Shown: piece after piece, positions 10,977 through 20,956 of the stretch | Layout of the letters: the number at the start of each line of letters is the position of its first letter | How positions within the stretch are numbered: the stretch's first letter is position 1 | Assembly (NCBI GenBank): GCA_965208835.1 | Contig: OZ242358.1 | Coordinates: 4,352,001 to 4,416,000, forward strand | Direction of reading: 5' to 3' | Length of the DNA stretch: 64,000 bases | Source: Candidatus Latescibacterota bacterium | GTDB lineage: Bacteria; Latescibacterota; UBA2968; GCA-2709665 | The notes under the pieces: generated by a model | Seen by the model: only the letters and a program-made list of their open reading frames with translations | Told to the model about the DNA's origin: nothing | Databases searched by the model: none | Program-made: the position numbers and the translations under genes

Positions 10977-11060
10977 GTATTCTCTCCGATCTGTACCGGG
11001 GGATACCTGCAACTCGAATGATCCTGATCCACGGCGAGTGTCGCCCCGCGTGTAGCGCCG

Positions 11061-11915
11061 TCAGACAGATTTCTCGGCCGCCGCCGTTACGACCGGTTCC
11101 GGTTCAGCCGGTGGATCCAGCGGTGTCCCTTCACGTTTTGCGATCTGATTGAACCACCACAATCCGATTATGGCCAGGACGATGCCACACGCGTTCAGCC
11201 ACCACGGAAAGGACACCAGGTTATTGAAATCATCCATCGGCCCGAATATCTCGTATCGCGCAATCGTCAATGCCAGGAAATTGTTGATCGCGTGCCCCGC
11301 GATGGCGGGCAACAGGGAACCCGTTTGAATCACCCAGAACGCAAACACAGACCCCAATACAAACGCAGCCGGAAATTGCCACGGGTTCAGATGGAATAGA
11401 GCGAAAAGCAGTGCGGACCAAAAAACGGCGAGGCTTCGGCGCTGGTTGGCCAACAGCCCAATCAGAATGACGCCCCTGAACAACACTTCTTCGATAAGTG
11501 GAGGCTGGACCGCCAGGTTATAAAAGGCGAAAGCGTAAGGCGTTTCCTTCCAAACCAGATCCCGGAATATCTCCATCATCCATTCAGGCATTGGAATCAG
11601 GTAATGTACACCGCGTTCCAAAATGGATATGGTGATCGACAAACCAACAGTGGCCACCGTAAGCGACGGGTAGAGTTTCCACGGTACCGTATTAAAGAGA
11701 AGGATGTCGGACCAGAGCCGGTCAGCTCGGCGCCGGGCGTAAACAATCACGAGAACGAAACTGACCAATATCGTTAGGGTCTGCACGTACGAATTGGACG
11801 CTAGATCATAGTCGAGTAATGTGCCCGAAATGGCAAGGAGCACCAACAATCCGAACAGGATCAGCAGTAATAGGGCCACCAGCCAGACGGATTGCTTCAA
11901 ATTCGGATACGCCAT
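11061..11915 (-). CDS. CPBP (Abi/CAAX) intramembrane metalloprotease, paralog 2
   Basis: EEVLFRG, FALFH, HAINN; starts MAYPNLKQ after RBS GGGAGG. Confidence 0.9.
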   Translation of the reverse strand: MAYPNLKQSVWLVALLLLILFGLLVLLAISGTLLDYDLASNSYVQTLTILVSFVLVIVYARRRADRLWSDILLFNTVPWKLYPSLTVATVGLSITISILERGVHYLIPMPEWMMEIFRDLVWKETPYAFAFYNLAVQPPLIEEVLFRGVILIGLLANQRRSLAVFWSALLFALFHLNPWQFPAAFVLGSVFAFWVIQTGSLLPAIAGHAINNFLALTIARYEIFGPMDDFNNLVSFPWWLNACGIVLAIIGLWWFNQIAKREGTPLDPPAEPEPVVTAAAEKSV

Positions 11916-12071
11916 GTAATCCCTCCCTTTTGGGCGATCTGATGAACGTGGATCCAACGACCGTGCATAGAAGCACTGACGGTGGAAGTCCGTGCGTTTG
12001 CGGCTCTGACGAACGCCATGCAGCAGTCGCATTCGATGTACTGTAAAAGTGTCGAGCAGTCCTTTTCGAAC

Positions 12072-12087
12072 TGCAAAATGCAAGCCA
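12072..12087 (-). promoter_or_regulatory. Putative sigma-54 (-24/-12) promoter for CPBP paralogs 2 and 1
   Basis: Minus strand TGGCTTGCATTTTGCA (GG-N10-GC); AT-rich IHF-like tract CATCAAGTTATT just upstream. Confidence 0.6.
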
Positions 12088-12280
12088 GATTTGAACAAGC
12101 GAATAACTTGATGTATATAAAGTATTTATTAAAGATGGTGCGGCACTTTGAAGAGAAGCGGATGTGTAGCGATATGCGTCTCGACGCTTCAAGGAAGATG
12201 CCGGTACGCCGGCGCGGACGAGAGATGAAACCCGTGTCTGCGGGCTTTTTTTGGTAGCTGGAACGCGCGCGTTAAAATGC

Positions 12281-12314
12281 GATGCATTTTGCATCGAATG
12301 GCGCATTCTGCAAC
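12281..12314. promoter_or_regulatory. Paired 15-bp dyads, candidate enhancer-binding-protein sites
   Basis: GATGCATTTTGCATC (12281-12295) and GGCGCATTCTGCAAC (12300-12314), about 200 bp upstream of the sigma-54 site. Confidence 0.5.
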
Positions 12315-12426
12315 CCCTGGCGCCGGCCGAATGACCGAGGCGTCGCGCGCCGAAGACAAATACCTGACACGGCGATGAATAGCGCTGACACGTGATGGAT
12401 TTTGGTGCGGACCAACAGGGTAGACC

Positions 12427-12642
12427 AAAAAAAATCCCGCTCCATCCCCCGCTTAATCCGTGATGAGCTACTTAGCGGCACCCCGGTTAAAGGGTGCCGG
12501 GCAGAGTCACCACTCACGCAGCTTTGAGGATGCGGGAAGGTCCTACGTATTCGCCGAGGACATGGGAGCTACCCTTGTCCCTTTGTGTCGGCTGTTTTAT
12601 TCGGTAGGCTACCCGACATACGGGTACTGCCCGAGTGGTGAC
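12427..12642 (-). ncRNA. Unidentified structured RNA candidate
   Basis: Begins at the predicted +1 with GTCACCACTC, which pairs perfectly with GAGTGGTGAC (12515-12506); GGGCAG/CTGCCC crossing pair; several internal hairpins; ends at a U8 tract. Confidence 0.5.
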
Positions 12643-12648
12643 AACCGG

Positions 12649-12677
12649 AATATAGTTTCCGCTCTTGTGAATGACAA
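12649..12677 (-). promoter_or_regulatory. Sigma-70-type promoter of the structured RNA candidate
   Basis: TTGTCA-17 nt-TATATT on the minus strand. Confidence 0.6.
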
Positions 12678-12864
12678 GGGCTAATTTGCTTTTCTACAGT
12701 AACGGGTCCATCTGAGAGCGGCGAGGATGCGTACGTCGCTCACGTCGAAATACGGTATCAACGTCCTGATGCAACCAAGCCACATCAGGAGAATTGTGTT
12801 CACGCCTCGACGACTGAACTGTCTTCATTGGCGAAGGAACCCGCCACTGTGCCACGCCTCGTAT

Positions 12865-13350
12865 CTACTCCCGGCTCTCCTTCACGGATTCCCAGATCGG
12901 GTAATGAACTTCCGCCCGTTGAAACTCTCTCTGCAGCCACTGGCTGAATAAAATGTCGCGAATTTCGTTTGAAACGCGTTCGTCAAGGATTGCCGGAAAG
13001 TTCCGTTGCAGCATATACAACGCGAAACCGCCCGGCGCTTTCTCCGGTCCGAATAACTCACCTGGAGAGCCGGCAAACAGGCGGGCGGCAATGCCTTTGG
13101 GTAACTGTTCTCGCCGCACCCTGCCCAGATACCCGCCGGCAAGGCGGGTGCGCTCATCCTGTGAGAACTCCCGTGCCATTGCGCAAAAGTCGCCACCTTC
13201 CTCAATTGCCTGAAGTCCGATCTCATCGATCACGCCCCTGTCACTATGGAATATCCAGTTCACCTCCGCCTCGTCGAAATCCAGCGTGTGCTGCGCGAAG
13301 TACGGTTCGATCCTTCCGTCCACGACTTTGTCGGACAACGCACGCTCCAA
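12865..13350 (-). pseudogene. 5'-truncated PpiC/parvulin-type peptidyl-prolyl isomerase, of the type linked to peptide T1SS clusters
   Basis: GGDFCAMAREFSQD..T..AGGYLG.V.R..LP rotamase motif; in-frame stop five codons upstream of the TTG, no RBS, abuts the island edge. Confidence 0.7.
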
Positions 13351-13644
13351 CCGTTTCGCCCGTGTTCACGGACATCAAGCGATTACACAATGAGGTTGCG
13401 GTGACGACTGCGTGGCATGGTTCTCCCGTTTACTAACTGATGCGAGAACCGTGTACATCGAAATTGGGAGATTCTTATACGATTAATGGACACATTTCGG
13501 AGATAATTCAAGTGTTGGCGACCGCCTGAATTATTGTTATTTTGACTAAGATTCCGACCCAGAAACCGCTTCTAGATTGCCTTGTGGATGACTCTAACGA
13601 GAGAATCTCATTTCCGAGGAATTGAAAAACGGAGAGCTATCCAG

Positions 13645-16569
13645 ATGCCTCGTAACGACGAACCAACCATTAATCGAGCATTGGCCGAAGTATTGCGCGG
13701 AAGGAACGCACGTTGGCAAAACACTGGAGAGTTACTAGGTGCTGAGCAACTAGACATTCTATGCGAGGGCGGCAAACCAGATATCTTTGTGGATGACCCA
13801 TGCGGTGCCGCCGTCATCATCGAAACCGAGTTTTTTCCGGGTAATCAGGTCGAATTTGAAGCCCGCAGCCGTCTCGGAAACACTACCCAAAATACGGGAA
13901 AGACGATTGAACAGACAATTGCAGTTCGTGTACCGGACAGTCTAAGGGAGGTTAACCAATCTAAACTTAACGAAGCTATCGAGGCATCGACTCTTGAGTA
14001 TTGTCTGTATTCTCTGCGATTGTCATCGGGCGGCATTGATAGGTGGCCACCATCGGGTTGGTTAAGTGGTAATGTAGACGACCTCGCACAACTGGCTGAA
14101 ATTGCAGCGGTATCGGAGCGTGCAGTGACAACCAGTCTAGAGACTCTCGAACAGGGGATCCGAACTTGCGCCGGACGCTTTGAACAAGGGACCAGTGATC
14201 GACTTCAAGTAAGACAGCGGATCGCGCAATACCTACATCAATCAGAAGGTGAGCAGACTTGGCGGATGGCGATGGCAATTGTGACAAACGCTATAACGTT
14301 TCATACCACAATCGCTGGTACACACGGCGTGAAGACTGTGGACGAACTGCGTCTGTCAGACGGTAACTTGCCAAAAGCGACCGTACTTAGAGAATGGGAA
14401 CGGATCCTTCATGAGATTAATTATTGGCCTATATTCCACATTGCCAGGCAAGTTATGTTGGTCGTACCAAATGGTCTGGCATCCGAGATTCTCGACGAGT
14501 TGGCCGAAGTTTCCAGTAAACTTGCCGCCACCGGGATCACCCGTTCGCACGATCTATCGGGTCGGACTTTTCAGAGGCTGATTGCCGACCGTAAATTCCT
14601 AGCGACATTCTATACACTACCTGTTTCGGCAACGCTTCTAGCTGAACTTGCCATTGCAAGAATCAACATTGATTGGTCTAAAGCTATAGACATATGCCGC
14701 CTTCGAATTGGTGATTTAGCATCAGGTACCGGCACGCTCCTCGCGGCAGCGTACCACAGCGTTCTTGCTCGCTATCGCCGCCGAGGTGGGGACGACAGCA
14801 CGTTACATACAAAGATGATGGAGAATTGTCTTGTTGCGGCCGATATTATGCCGGCTGCTACTCACCTTACGACGTCGATGCTTTCGTCCGTACATCCAAC
14901 ACGTACGTTTCGGCGGACCAAAGTTCATACTCTTCCGTATGGAAAAGCGACCGAGAATCCGATTCTCCCGATCTCCCTAGGTTCACTTGATTTCTGCCTT
15001 GCCGCGGCTGGTAGAGACCTATTTGGGACACGAATCGTCGTCGCGAGTGGCAAGGGCGAAGACGAAGACTTGGAGAGTCGTGATACGGAAAATGGCGAAT
15101 TCACTCTTGCCCATAAATCGCTTGACCTGGTCATAATGAATCCCCCTTTCACAAGGCCAACTAATCATGAGCTATCGAATGTCCCGGTACCGTCGTTCGC
15201 AGGATTTGCAACCACTCATGACGAGCAACGCGCGATGTCAAAGCAACTTGGACGCATGAAACGAAAATTCGAACACGATGCCGCAGGTAATGGCAACGCA
15301 GGCTTATCCTCGAATTTCCTGGACCTCGCGCACCTGAAGTGCCGCGCAGGGGGGATACTGGCGCTCGTAATGCCTCTTTCTTTGTTAAAGGGAGATTCAT
15401 GGGCTGCGGGTCGTGGTCTGCTAGCAAGATGGTATCGTGACATAACGTTGGTTACCATCGCCGCGGCGAAGAGTAATGAAAAGTCGTTTTCAGCGGATAC
15501 GGGTATGGGCGAGGTACTGGTGATTGCACGCAAGAGCCATGCCCTAAACGCAAGACCAAGCGGAACGAAGGCGTTGTTTGTGACGTTACACAGAAGGCCA
15601 ACTGCGACAGCAGAAGCAATGGAGATCGCCCGCCACGTGCATCGGGAGTACGAAACGCGATCAAGCTCTACTCGAATCTTTGTTGGTGATCAAGTTGTCG
15701 GTACGACGTTCCGAACTGAAATGCGAAACGGAGGCTGCGGTGGTGTACGTGATCTAGAACTTGCAGAGATCGCCATAGCTCTCGTGTCCGGTAAATTAAG
15801 GTTACCAACTGTTAATTTGCCACTTAAAATGTCGACTATTCCCCTTGGTCAATTAGGATCTCGAGGTCTAGTCCATCGTGACATTAATGGCATCAACAGC
15901 GATAGATCTTTTCGAGGTCCATTTGAGATTTATCCCGCATCGCACCAACCCACTTATCCAGCATTGTGGCGCCATAACGCCGCGCGAGAAAGACAGGTGC
16001 TTCTGTTTCCTGATTCTGAAGGGCACATCAGGCCCGGAATGGAAGGCAAAGCCGCTGAGGTATGGGGTACTGCCAGTCGACTCCACTTCAATCTAGATTT
16101 TCGCCTTAATTCGCAGAGCTTAGCCGCAGCTGTAACCGAAAACAGGACAATTGGTGGAACGGCATGGCCAAATTTCCGAGCTAAGAATCTGGATCATGAG
16201 TCGGCAATCGTCCTCTGGTCAAATACGACATTGGGTCTGTTCTTGTTTTGGTGGAACGCTAACCGACAACAGGCCGGCCGAGCTAGATTGACCATTACGC
16301 AACTGCCGTCGCTATTGGTTTTGGACGCAAGGCAACTTTCGTCGACTCAGATCGCCACATCGGATTCACTGTTCGACGAGTTTGCGAATCTAATGCTCCT
16401 GCCTGCAAATGAAGCATTCTGCGACGAAGCGCGGATTGCACTTGATGAGAAATTCCTTGTCCAAGTATTGGGGTTGCCTCACTCGATACTTGAGCCGTTG
16501 GGAGTTCTACGAGACAAATGGTGCGCCGAACCGTCGGTGCATGGTGGCAAGAGTACGAAGATTTCGTGA
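13645..16569 (+). CDS. Type IIG-like fused restriction endonuclease/N6-adenine methyltransferase
   Basis: N-terminal KPDIFV..VIIETEF (PD-(D/E)xK-like), FYT, DLASGTGTLL (motif I), VIMNPPF (motif IV), C-terminal specificity region; RBS GGAGAG before ATG 13645. Confidence 0.8.
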   Translation: MPRNDEPTINRALAEVLRGRNARWQNTGELLGAEQLDILCEGGKPDIFVDDPCGAAVIIETEFFPGNQVEFEARSRLGNTTQNTGKTIEQTIAVRVPDSLREVNQSKLNEAIEASTLEYCLYSLRLSSGGIDRWPPSGWLSGNVDDLAQLAEIAAVSERAVTTSLETLEQGIRTCAGRFEQGTSDRLQVRQRIAQYLHQSEGEQTWRMAMAIVTNAITFHTTIAGTHGVKTVDELRLSDGNLPKATVLREWERILHEINYWPIFHIARQVMLVVPNGLASEILDELAEVSSKLAATGITRSHDLSGRTFQRLIADRKFLATFYTLPVSATLLAELAIARINIDWSKAIDICRLRIGDLASGTGTLLAAAYHSVLARYRRRGGDDSTLHTKMMENCLVAADIMPAATHLTTSMLSSVHPTRTFRRTKVHTLPYGKATENPILPISLGSLDFCLAAAGRDLFGTRIVVASGKGEDEDLESRDTENGEFTLAHKSLDLVIMNPPFTRPTNHELSNVPVPSFAGFATTHDEQRAMSKQLGRMKRKFEHDAAGNGNAGLSSNFLDLAHLKCRAGGILALVMPLSLLKGDSWAAGRGLLARWYRDITLVTIAAAKSNEKSFSADTGMGEVLVIARKSHALNARPSGTKALFVTLHRRPTATAEAMEIARHVHREYETRSSSTRIFVGDQVVGTTFRTEMRNGGCGGVRDLELAEIAIALVSGKLRLPTVNLPLKMSTIPLGQLGSRGLVHRDINGINSDRSFRGPFEIYPASHQPTYPALWRHNAARERQVLLFPDSEGHIRPGMEGKAAEVWGTASRLHFNLDFRLNSQSLAAAVTENRTIGGTAWPNFRAKNLDHESAIVLWSNTTLGLFLFWWNANRQQAGRARLTITQLPSLLVLDARQLSSTQIATSDSLFDEFANLMLLPANEAFCDEARIALDEKFLVQVLGLPHSILEPLGVLRDKWCAEPSVHGGKSTKIS

Positions 16570-16724
16570 TTGGTTACGAGTTCATTCCTGTTCAACGTTG
16601 GCAACCCTACTGATCAAATCCACACATATGTGTTTTTAAATCATAGTTCACCATCCAGAAAATTCCGTTGGCAAAAAAGTTCAAGTTGATATACTGAGCG
16701 CCTTTATTTTGCAAGGAGATAAAC

Positions 16725-19700
16725 TTGGATTTTCCTGACAATTTGATCGAGACGATAAGTTCCGGGAACTGCGTACTCTTCTTGGGCGCTGGAGCTGCAC
16801 GTGAAGCCGGTGCCCCCGTCGGCAATGAACTTGCGACACTACTGGCAGACAGATTCGAAAAGCACGATATCTCTACACATAATTTGCGAGAATTCGTAGA
16901 TGTATTAGAAACGACTTCCGGAGTTGATAGACAGGAAATCGACAAAGCAATTGTAGAAACACTTCAAAAAACATCACCGTCAAATGCCCATCTTTTTCTA
17001 CCGGGTTTTGTTTGGCAAGCAATTTTCACCACTAACTATGATCGATTAATCGAAATTGCTTACGACATTTATCGAACTTCGCGAGGTGAGCCACCCTTAC
17101 AAAGGTGCAATGTCGTAAATGGTCTCCAAGATCAAGTGCGGTTAGACAATCGTTCGTCCGTCAACCTGTACAAATTGCACGGCTGCATTTCGTCAATAGG
17201 ACAAGGCAATCCATTGGTTTTGTCTTCGAGAGATTATAGGAATACTCGCAAGAAACGTCAGCGGATGTTGCGGACATTGAAAATGTTAGCGGTAGAACAT
17301 TCTATTCTGTTCATCGGCTATTCGTTCGCGGATCAATACTTGAGTGAGTTGTTGGATGACATTCAGCAAGAATCTCCGTATCATCACCACCGAACGATGT
17401 TTCTTGTAATTCCCGAATTAACGGCGAGTTATGAAGAGTATTTCCAATCCCGGAACTTTAAACACCTGTCTGGAACATTTGGTCAATTTTGCGAAAGTCT
17501 TTCGGAGCTTGTCGAGACGGAGGCCAGAAAAAAAGCACTTACTTCGAGGATTTCTTCTGTACAGACTGTTGGAGATCGCTCAGCTTCAATTCCTACGAGT
17601 CTTAGAGTATCTTTAGACTCGCAATTGGAGATATTCCGACCCGAAGGCAGCTTTAATAGGAACCCAAAGAGATTCCTATCAGGTTTTCCACCATCCCTAG
17701 ATGACTTGAAGAGTCGGAATGATGTAACACGTGATCAACAATTCGAGCTGACCGAAAGTGTCCGAAAGGCACTGCGTACGGAGGCCTACCTTAGGCCAAT
17801 AGTGATGGTACTTGGAGCGGGCGGCGCTGGGAAGAGCACTCTTGCTGCAAGAGTTGCTTACGATATCGCAGATCAGCGGCTGGCGATTTCATGTCGGCTG
17901 AAGAATCCAGAGCAATGGAATATCGATGAAATTGTAAACTTTGCGGACAGGATTCAAGCACCGGTGCTCTTCGTTTTTGATGGAATTGAAGTGCGAAGTT
18001 GGCTTCGAGCGACAAAGGATCTTCGTCAAGCATTGACAGTCGCACGCGTAAACGCCACACTGTTGCTATCATGCCAAAAGGCAGTTTGGAACGAATGCAA
18101 AGCTAAGATGGGCAGCCAAGATATCGAGGTGTTTGATCTCCAGGATCGCCTCTCGGAAATTGAGGCCGCTAGCTTGATAGAAAAATTGACCGAAGCGAAA
18201 CTGTTGACCACGGACGCGAAGATACGCCAGCGGGAAGTCTCGAATATTGTAAATGAATGCGACGGTCATCTAGTGGCGGCGCTACTGCAAATCGTGCAAA
18301 GCGGCAAATTCAAGGCTATTGTACTCGGTGAATACGGGAATTTGTCGCATAGAGCCCAAAAGGCATATCAATTTGTCGCTCTACTACACCAACATCGCAT
18401 TTCGATTCCGGATTATCTGCTCAATTCGGTTAGCACCAACAATTGGGATATTTTCGTTGATCAAGTTATTCGCGAAGAGTCTGAGCTTGTAATTATACAA
18501 GACCTTGACGCCACATCCGGCAGACTAAGGTTCCGGAGTAGGCATCCTTTGATCGCAAGGACGATAATCGACGCCACTGTGCCAAAATTTGAAGACAGAG
18601 TGAGGATGTATCGGCGGATTTTCGCGGAGTTAGCGGCGTCAGCTGAAGACCGATCATTTGTTCTTACACTATTGACGACCGAAAGCGTTAGACGAGAGAT
18701 TCGCGAGGAACAGTATTTGGAAGAATTCTTCGATCGTGCGTTGGATCTCTTTCCCGATGATCGGGCTCTAATTCTTCAATTTGGGCGCCACGAAAACAAC
18801 GCAGGGAACTACGAAAGAGCGAGGGAGATTTTGGAATGGGGGAAAAGCATCAACCCAAGAGACAGTCACATACTTCACCAACTTGGCGTCTGTGCTCAGC
18901 GCCGCGCGAGGCGCGTGAAAGAGAAAATCGACCCTCTATTACATGACTCGTTGATCCAGGAAGCCAGGTATTATTTCCGGCAGGTCCAAGAAATCGATCC
19001 AATTTCACAATACGGATACGTCTCGGAGGCTAGGTTGGCTATAAACCTCGCTAGAAATGAAAAAGATCAGGTCCAGAAATTCGCGCTGATTTCTGAAGCA
19101 GAATCGATCATTCGTAGTGGCCTACTTCTTGTAAGGGAAGACGACCACGACATTTTGAGAGGTTGCGAGGCAGAACTATCCGACGTGGCCGGAGATACCA
19201 GTGAAGTGCTCCATCGACTGTGCGCTTTGGACGAAAAAGAAACCTTAGGATACGGGTCCTTATATCATCTTTGGGCAGCTTGTCTTGTTCGTGTGGGAAA
19301 TGTTGACGAAGCAATTGAAGTGATCAAGCGTGGCGTTAAGGACTTCCCGGGCGACGAGATGCTAATTCAGTTGATGCTTCAGATTCTCGAAGGATTTCTA
19401 TTTCGGGCTCGCAGTCGGGATGTTGCTAGTGAGTTTATCGGATATCTCCAGCGAGAGACAGAGAACATGAATATATGGATAGTCTTCCTTAAAGGCGTAG
19501 TGGAACTCTACGACACTCAATATAGGTTAGCAATGGAGTCATTCATGGAAGTGCGTCGACGTATGAACTCTCGAGCGTCAACGCGAATTCGGGATTATCT
19601 TAGGGACGAGTCCGGACACGAAATACAAAAGAGGGGGATCATTGAAATTGGACGATATGGGCGACCTTGGATAAAGGATGTAGGCACTGGTATTAAGATG

Positions 19701-19820
19701 CCCGTCGACAATTCTCAATTCTGGGAAAGGTCCGGCAAACCTCGCGATTGCGTCTTTCTGATGGGATTATCCCTTATGGGTCCAAGAGCATCGATAATCG
19801 AGAAATATCAGAATGGCTAG
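16725..19820 (+). CDS. SIR2-STAND NTPase-TPR protein (Avs/AVAST type V-like)
   Basis: SIR2: FLGAGA, TTNYD, YKLHG, FIGYS; Walker A GAGGAGKS, Walker B VLFVFDG; SRHP winged-helix motif; TPR-like helices; RBS AAGGAG before TTG. Confidence 0.8.
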   Translation: MDFPDNLIETISSGNCVLFLGAGAAREAGAPVGNELATLLADRFEKHDISTHNLREFVDVLETTSGVDRQEIDKAIVETLQKTSPSNAHLFLPGFVWQAIFTTNYDRLIEIAYDIYRTSRGEPPLQRCNVVNGLQDQVRLDNRSSVNLYKLHGCISSIGQGNPLVLSSRDYRNTRKKRQRMLRTLKMLAVEHSILFIGYSFADQYLSELLDDIQQESPYHHHRTMFLVIPELTASYEEYFQSRNFKHLSGTFGQFCESLSELVETEARKKALTSRISSVQTVGDRSASIPTSLRVSLDSQLEIFRPEGSFNRNPKRFLSGFPPSLDDLKSRNDVTRDQQFELTESVRKALRTEAYLRPIVMVLGAGGAGKSTLAARVAYDIADQRLAISCRLKNPEQWNIDEIVNFADRIQAPVLFVFDGIEVRSWLRATKDLRQALTVARVNATLLLSCQKAVWNECKAKMGSQDIEVFDLQDRLSEIEAASLIEKLTEAKLLTTDAKIRQREVSNIVNECDGHLVAALLQIVQSGKFKAIVLGEYGNLSHRAQKAYQFVALLHQHRISIPDYLLNSVSTNNWDIFVDQVIREESELVIIQDLDATSGRLRFRSRHPLIARTIIDATVPKFEDRVRMYRRIFAELAASAEDRSFVLTLLTTESVRREIREEQYLEEFFDRALDLFPDDRALILQFGRHENNAGNYERAREILEWGKSINPRDSHILHQLGVCAQRRARRVKEKIDPLLHDSLIQEARYYFRQVQEIDPISQYGYVSEARLAINLARNEKDQVQKFALISEAESIIRSGLLLVREDDHDILRGCEAELSDVAGDTSEVLHRLCALDEKETLGYGSLYHLWAACLVRVGNVDEAIEVIKRGVKDFPGDEMLIQLMLQILEGFLFRARSRDVASEFIGYLQRETENMNIWIVFLKGVVELYDTQYRLAMESFMEVRRRMNSRASTRIRDYLRDESGHEIQKRGIIEIGRYGRPWIKDVGTGIKMPVDNSQFWERSGKPRDCVFLMGLSLMGPRASIIEKYQNG

Positions 19821-20956
19821 GCGATTGGTCTAATTCGATGGAATTATTCTGCGGAGATTGGATCCCGGGCTTTCCGGTTAGAAATATACATCGAGGTGCT
19901 TTGATGTATTGATTCGACCCAAGTTATACAATTACGTAAATCTCGTTGCCACATACGCGCATAGGAGAGTAACAATCATGCCGGCGGACCCGACACATCG
20001 GACAACGCATGAGAAGCATGAAAAACCTACCCCACAGTTGATGCAACTGCAGACCATGGAACGCTTGGAGCATCCGGAGCAAGACGATTCACAACTGAGT
20101 TCTGACCGACTGCCGAAATCGGATGCAAGCTCAAGCGGTTGAAACTCGGATGCTGACATTTCGCTGAACAGCCATCCAGATAGAATAACTGTGCAAGAGT
20201 GAGGAACTCGACGCGCAAATGAAGGCACTTGAATACAGATTCCGGGACTCCCCACTCAACATAGATCGTGTACACGAAATCGTACGGGTATGGCTCTCCA
20301 AAAGACACCCCATTCTAGCCCAACTTGAACGATAATGAAGTCGTAATACAAGAATTGCGGTATAGACTTTGTTCTCTTCAAGTGCAGATTGACAACTAGG
20401 AGGATCGACTAAAGGAAAAACAGGCATAATTTACTAAGATGAAAGATGAATGCCTGTTTCACGTTATTCAACGGCGGTTGCTCGGTCATCAGGAAGTTCG
20501 TGCGAGATTCGCCCCCCAAGTCCATTCTGCTACTTTGCACTTTGGATCGCAATCCCAATGCCCGATTGGATCATTATACCGAGCGGTTAACCGGTAACGC
20601 TTCGCACGTGCCGACAGACCGGGAACCGGCCTCTTGTTCCTGAAGGTCGCGTGTGAGACCGCCACAACCAAAGACCCTGAGTGTCCTTGCCTCCAACATC
20701 GGTTCTCCACCTCATCTTGTCCTTTCCGGCCAATATACGAAGATTAACTCAGTGTGGAAGTTGCCTTACTCTATATTCGCAGGTAGGTGGTTTGATACTA
20801 AAACCAACGACCCTAGTCGTTGCGCCAAAGGATCGCCTGTACTCTTCACAGTTCTTCCAAATCGATGCGTCGTAGTGCAAGGTCCGTACAGAATGTTACG
20901 GTTACAAATTGGTGTGTATTTCCTCAATTTCACGCATATCTTCCCGGGATTTCAAA

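Noticed and set aside
12460-12480. GTGATGAGCTACTTAGCGGCA as a hammerhead ribozyme core
   Set aside because: It has GUGAUGA and GGCA where CUGAUGA and GAAA are required.
12520-12612. c-di-AMP (ydaO) riboswitch-like words
   Set aside because: The fragments fall on opposite strands and are not in consensus order, so no family was assigned.
13452-13466. 15-bp inverted match TGTACATCGAAATTG with 31806-31820
   Set aside because: A few 15-bp matches are expected by chance in a 64-kb self-comparison, and it does not mark both island ends.
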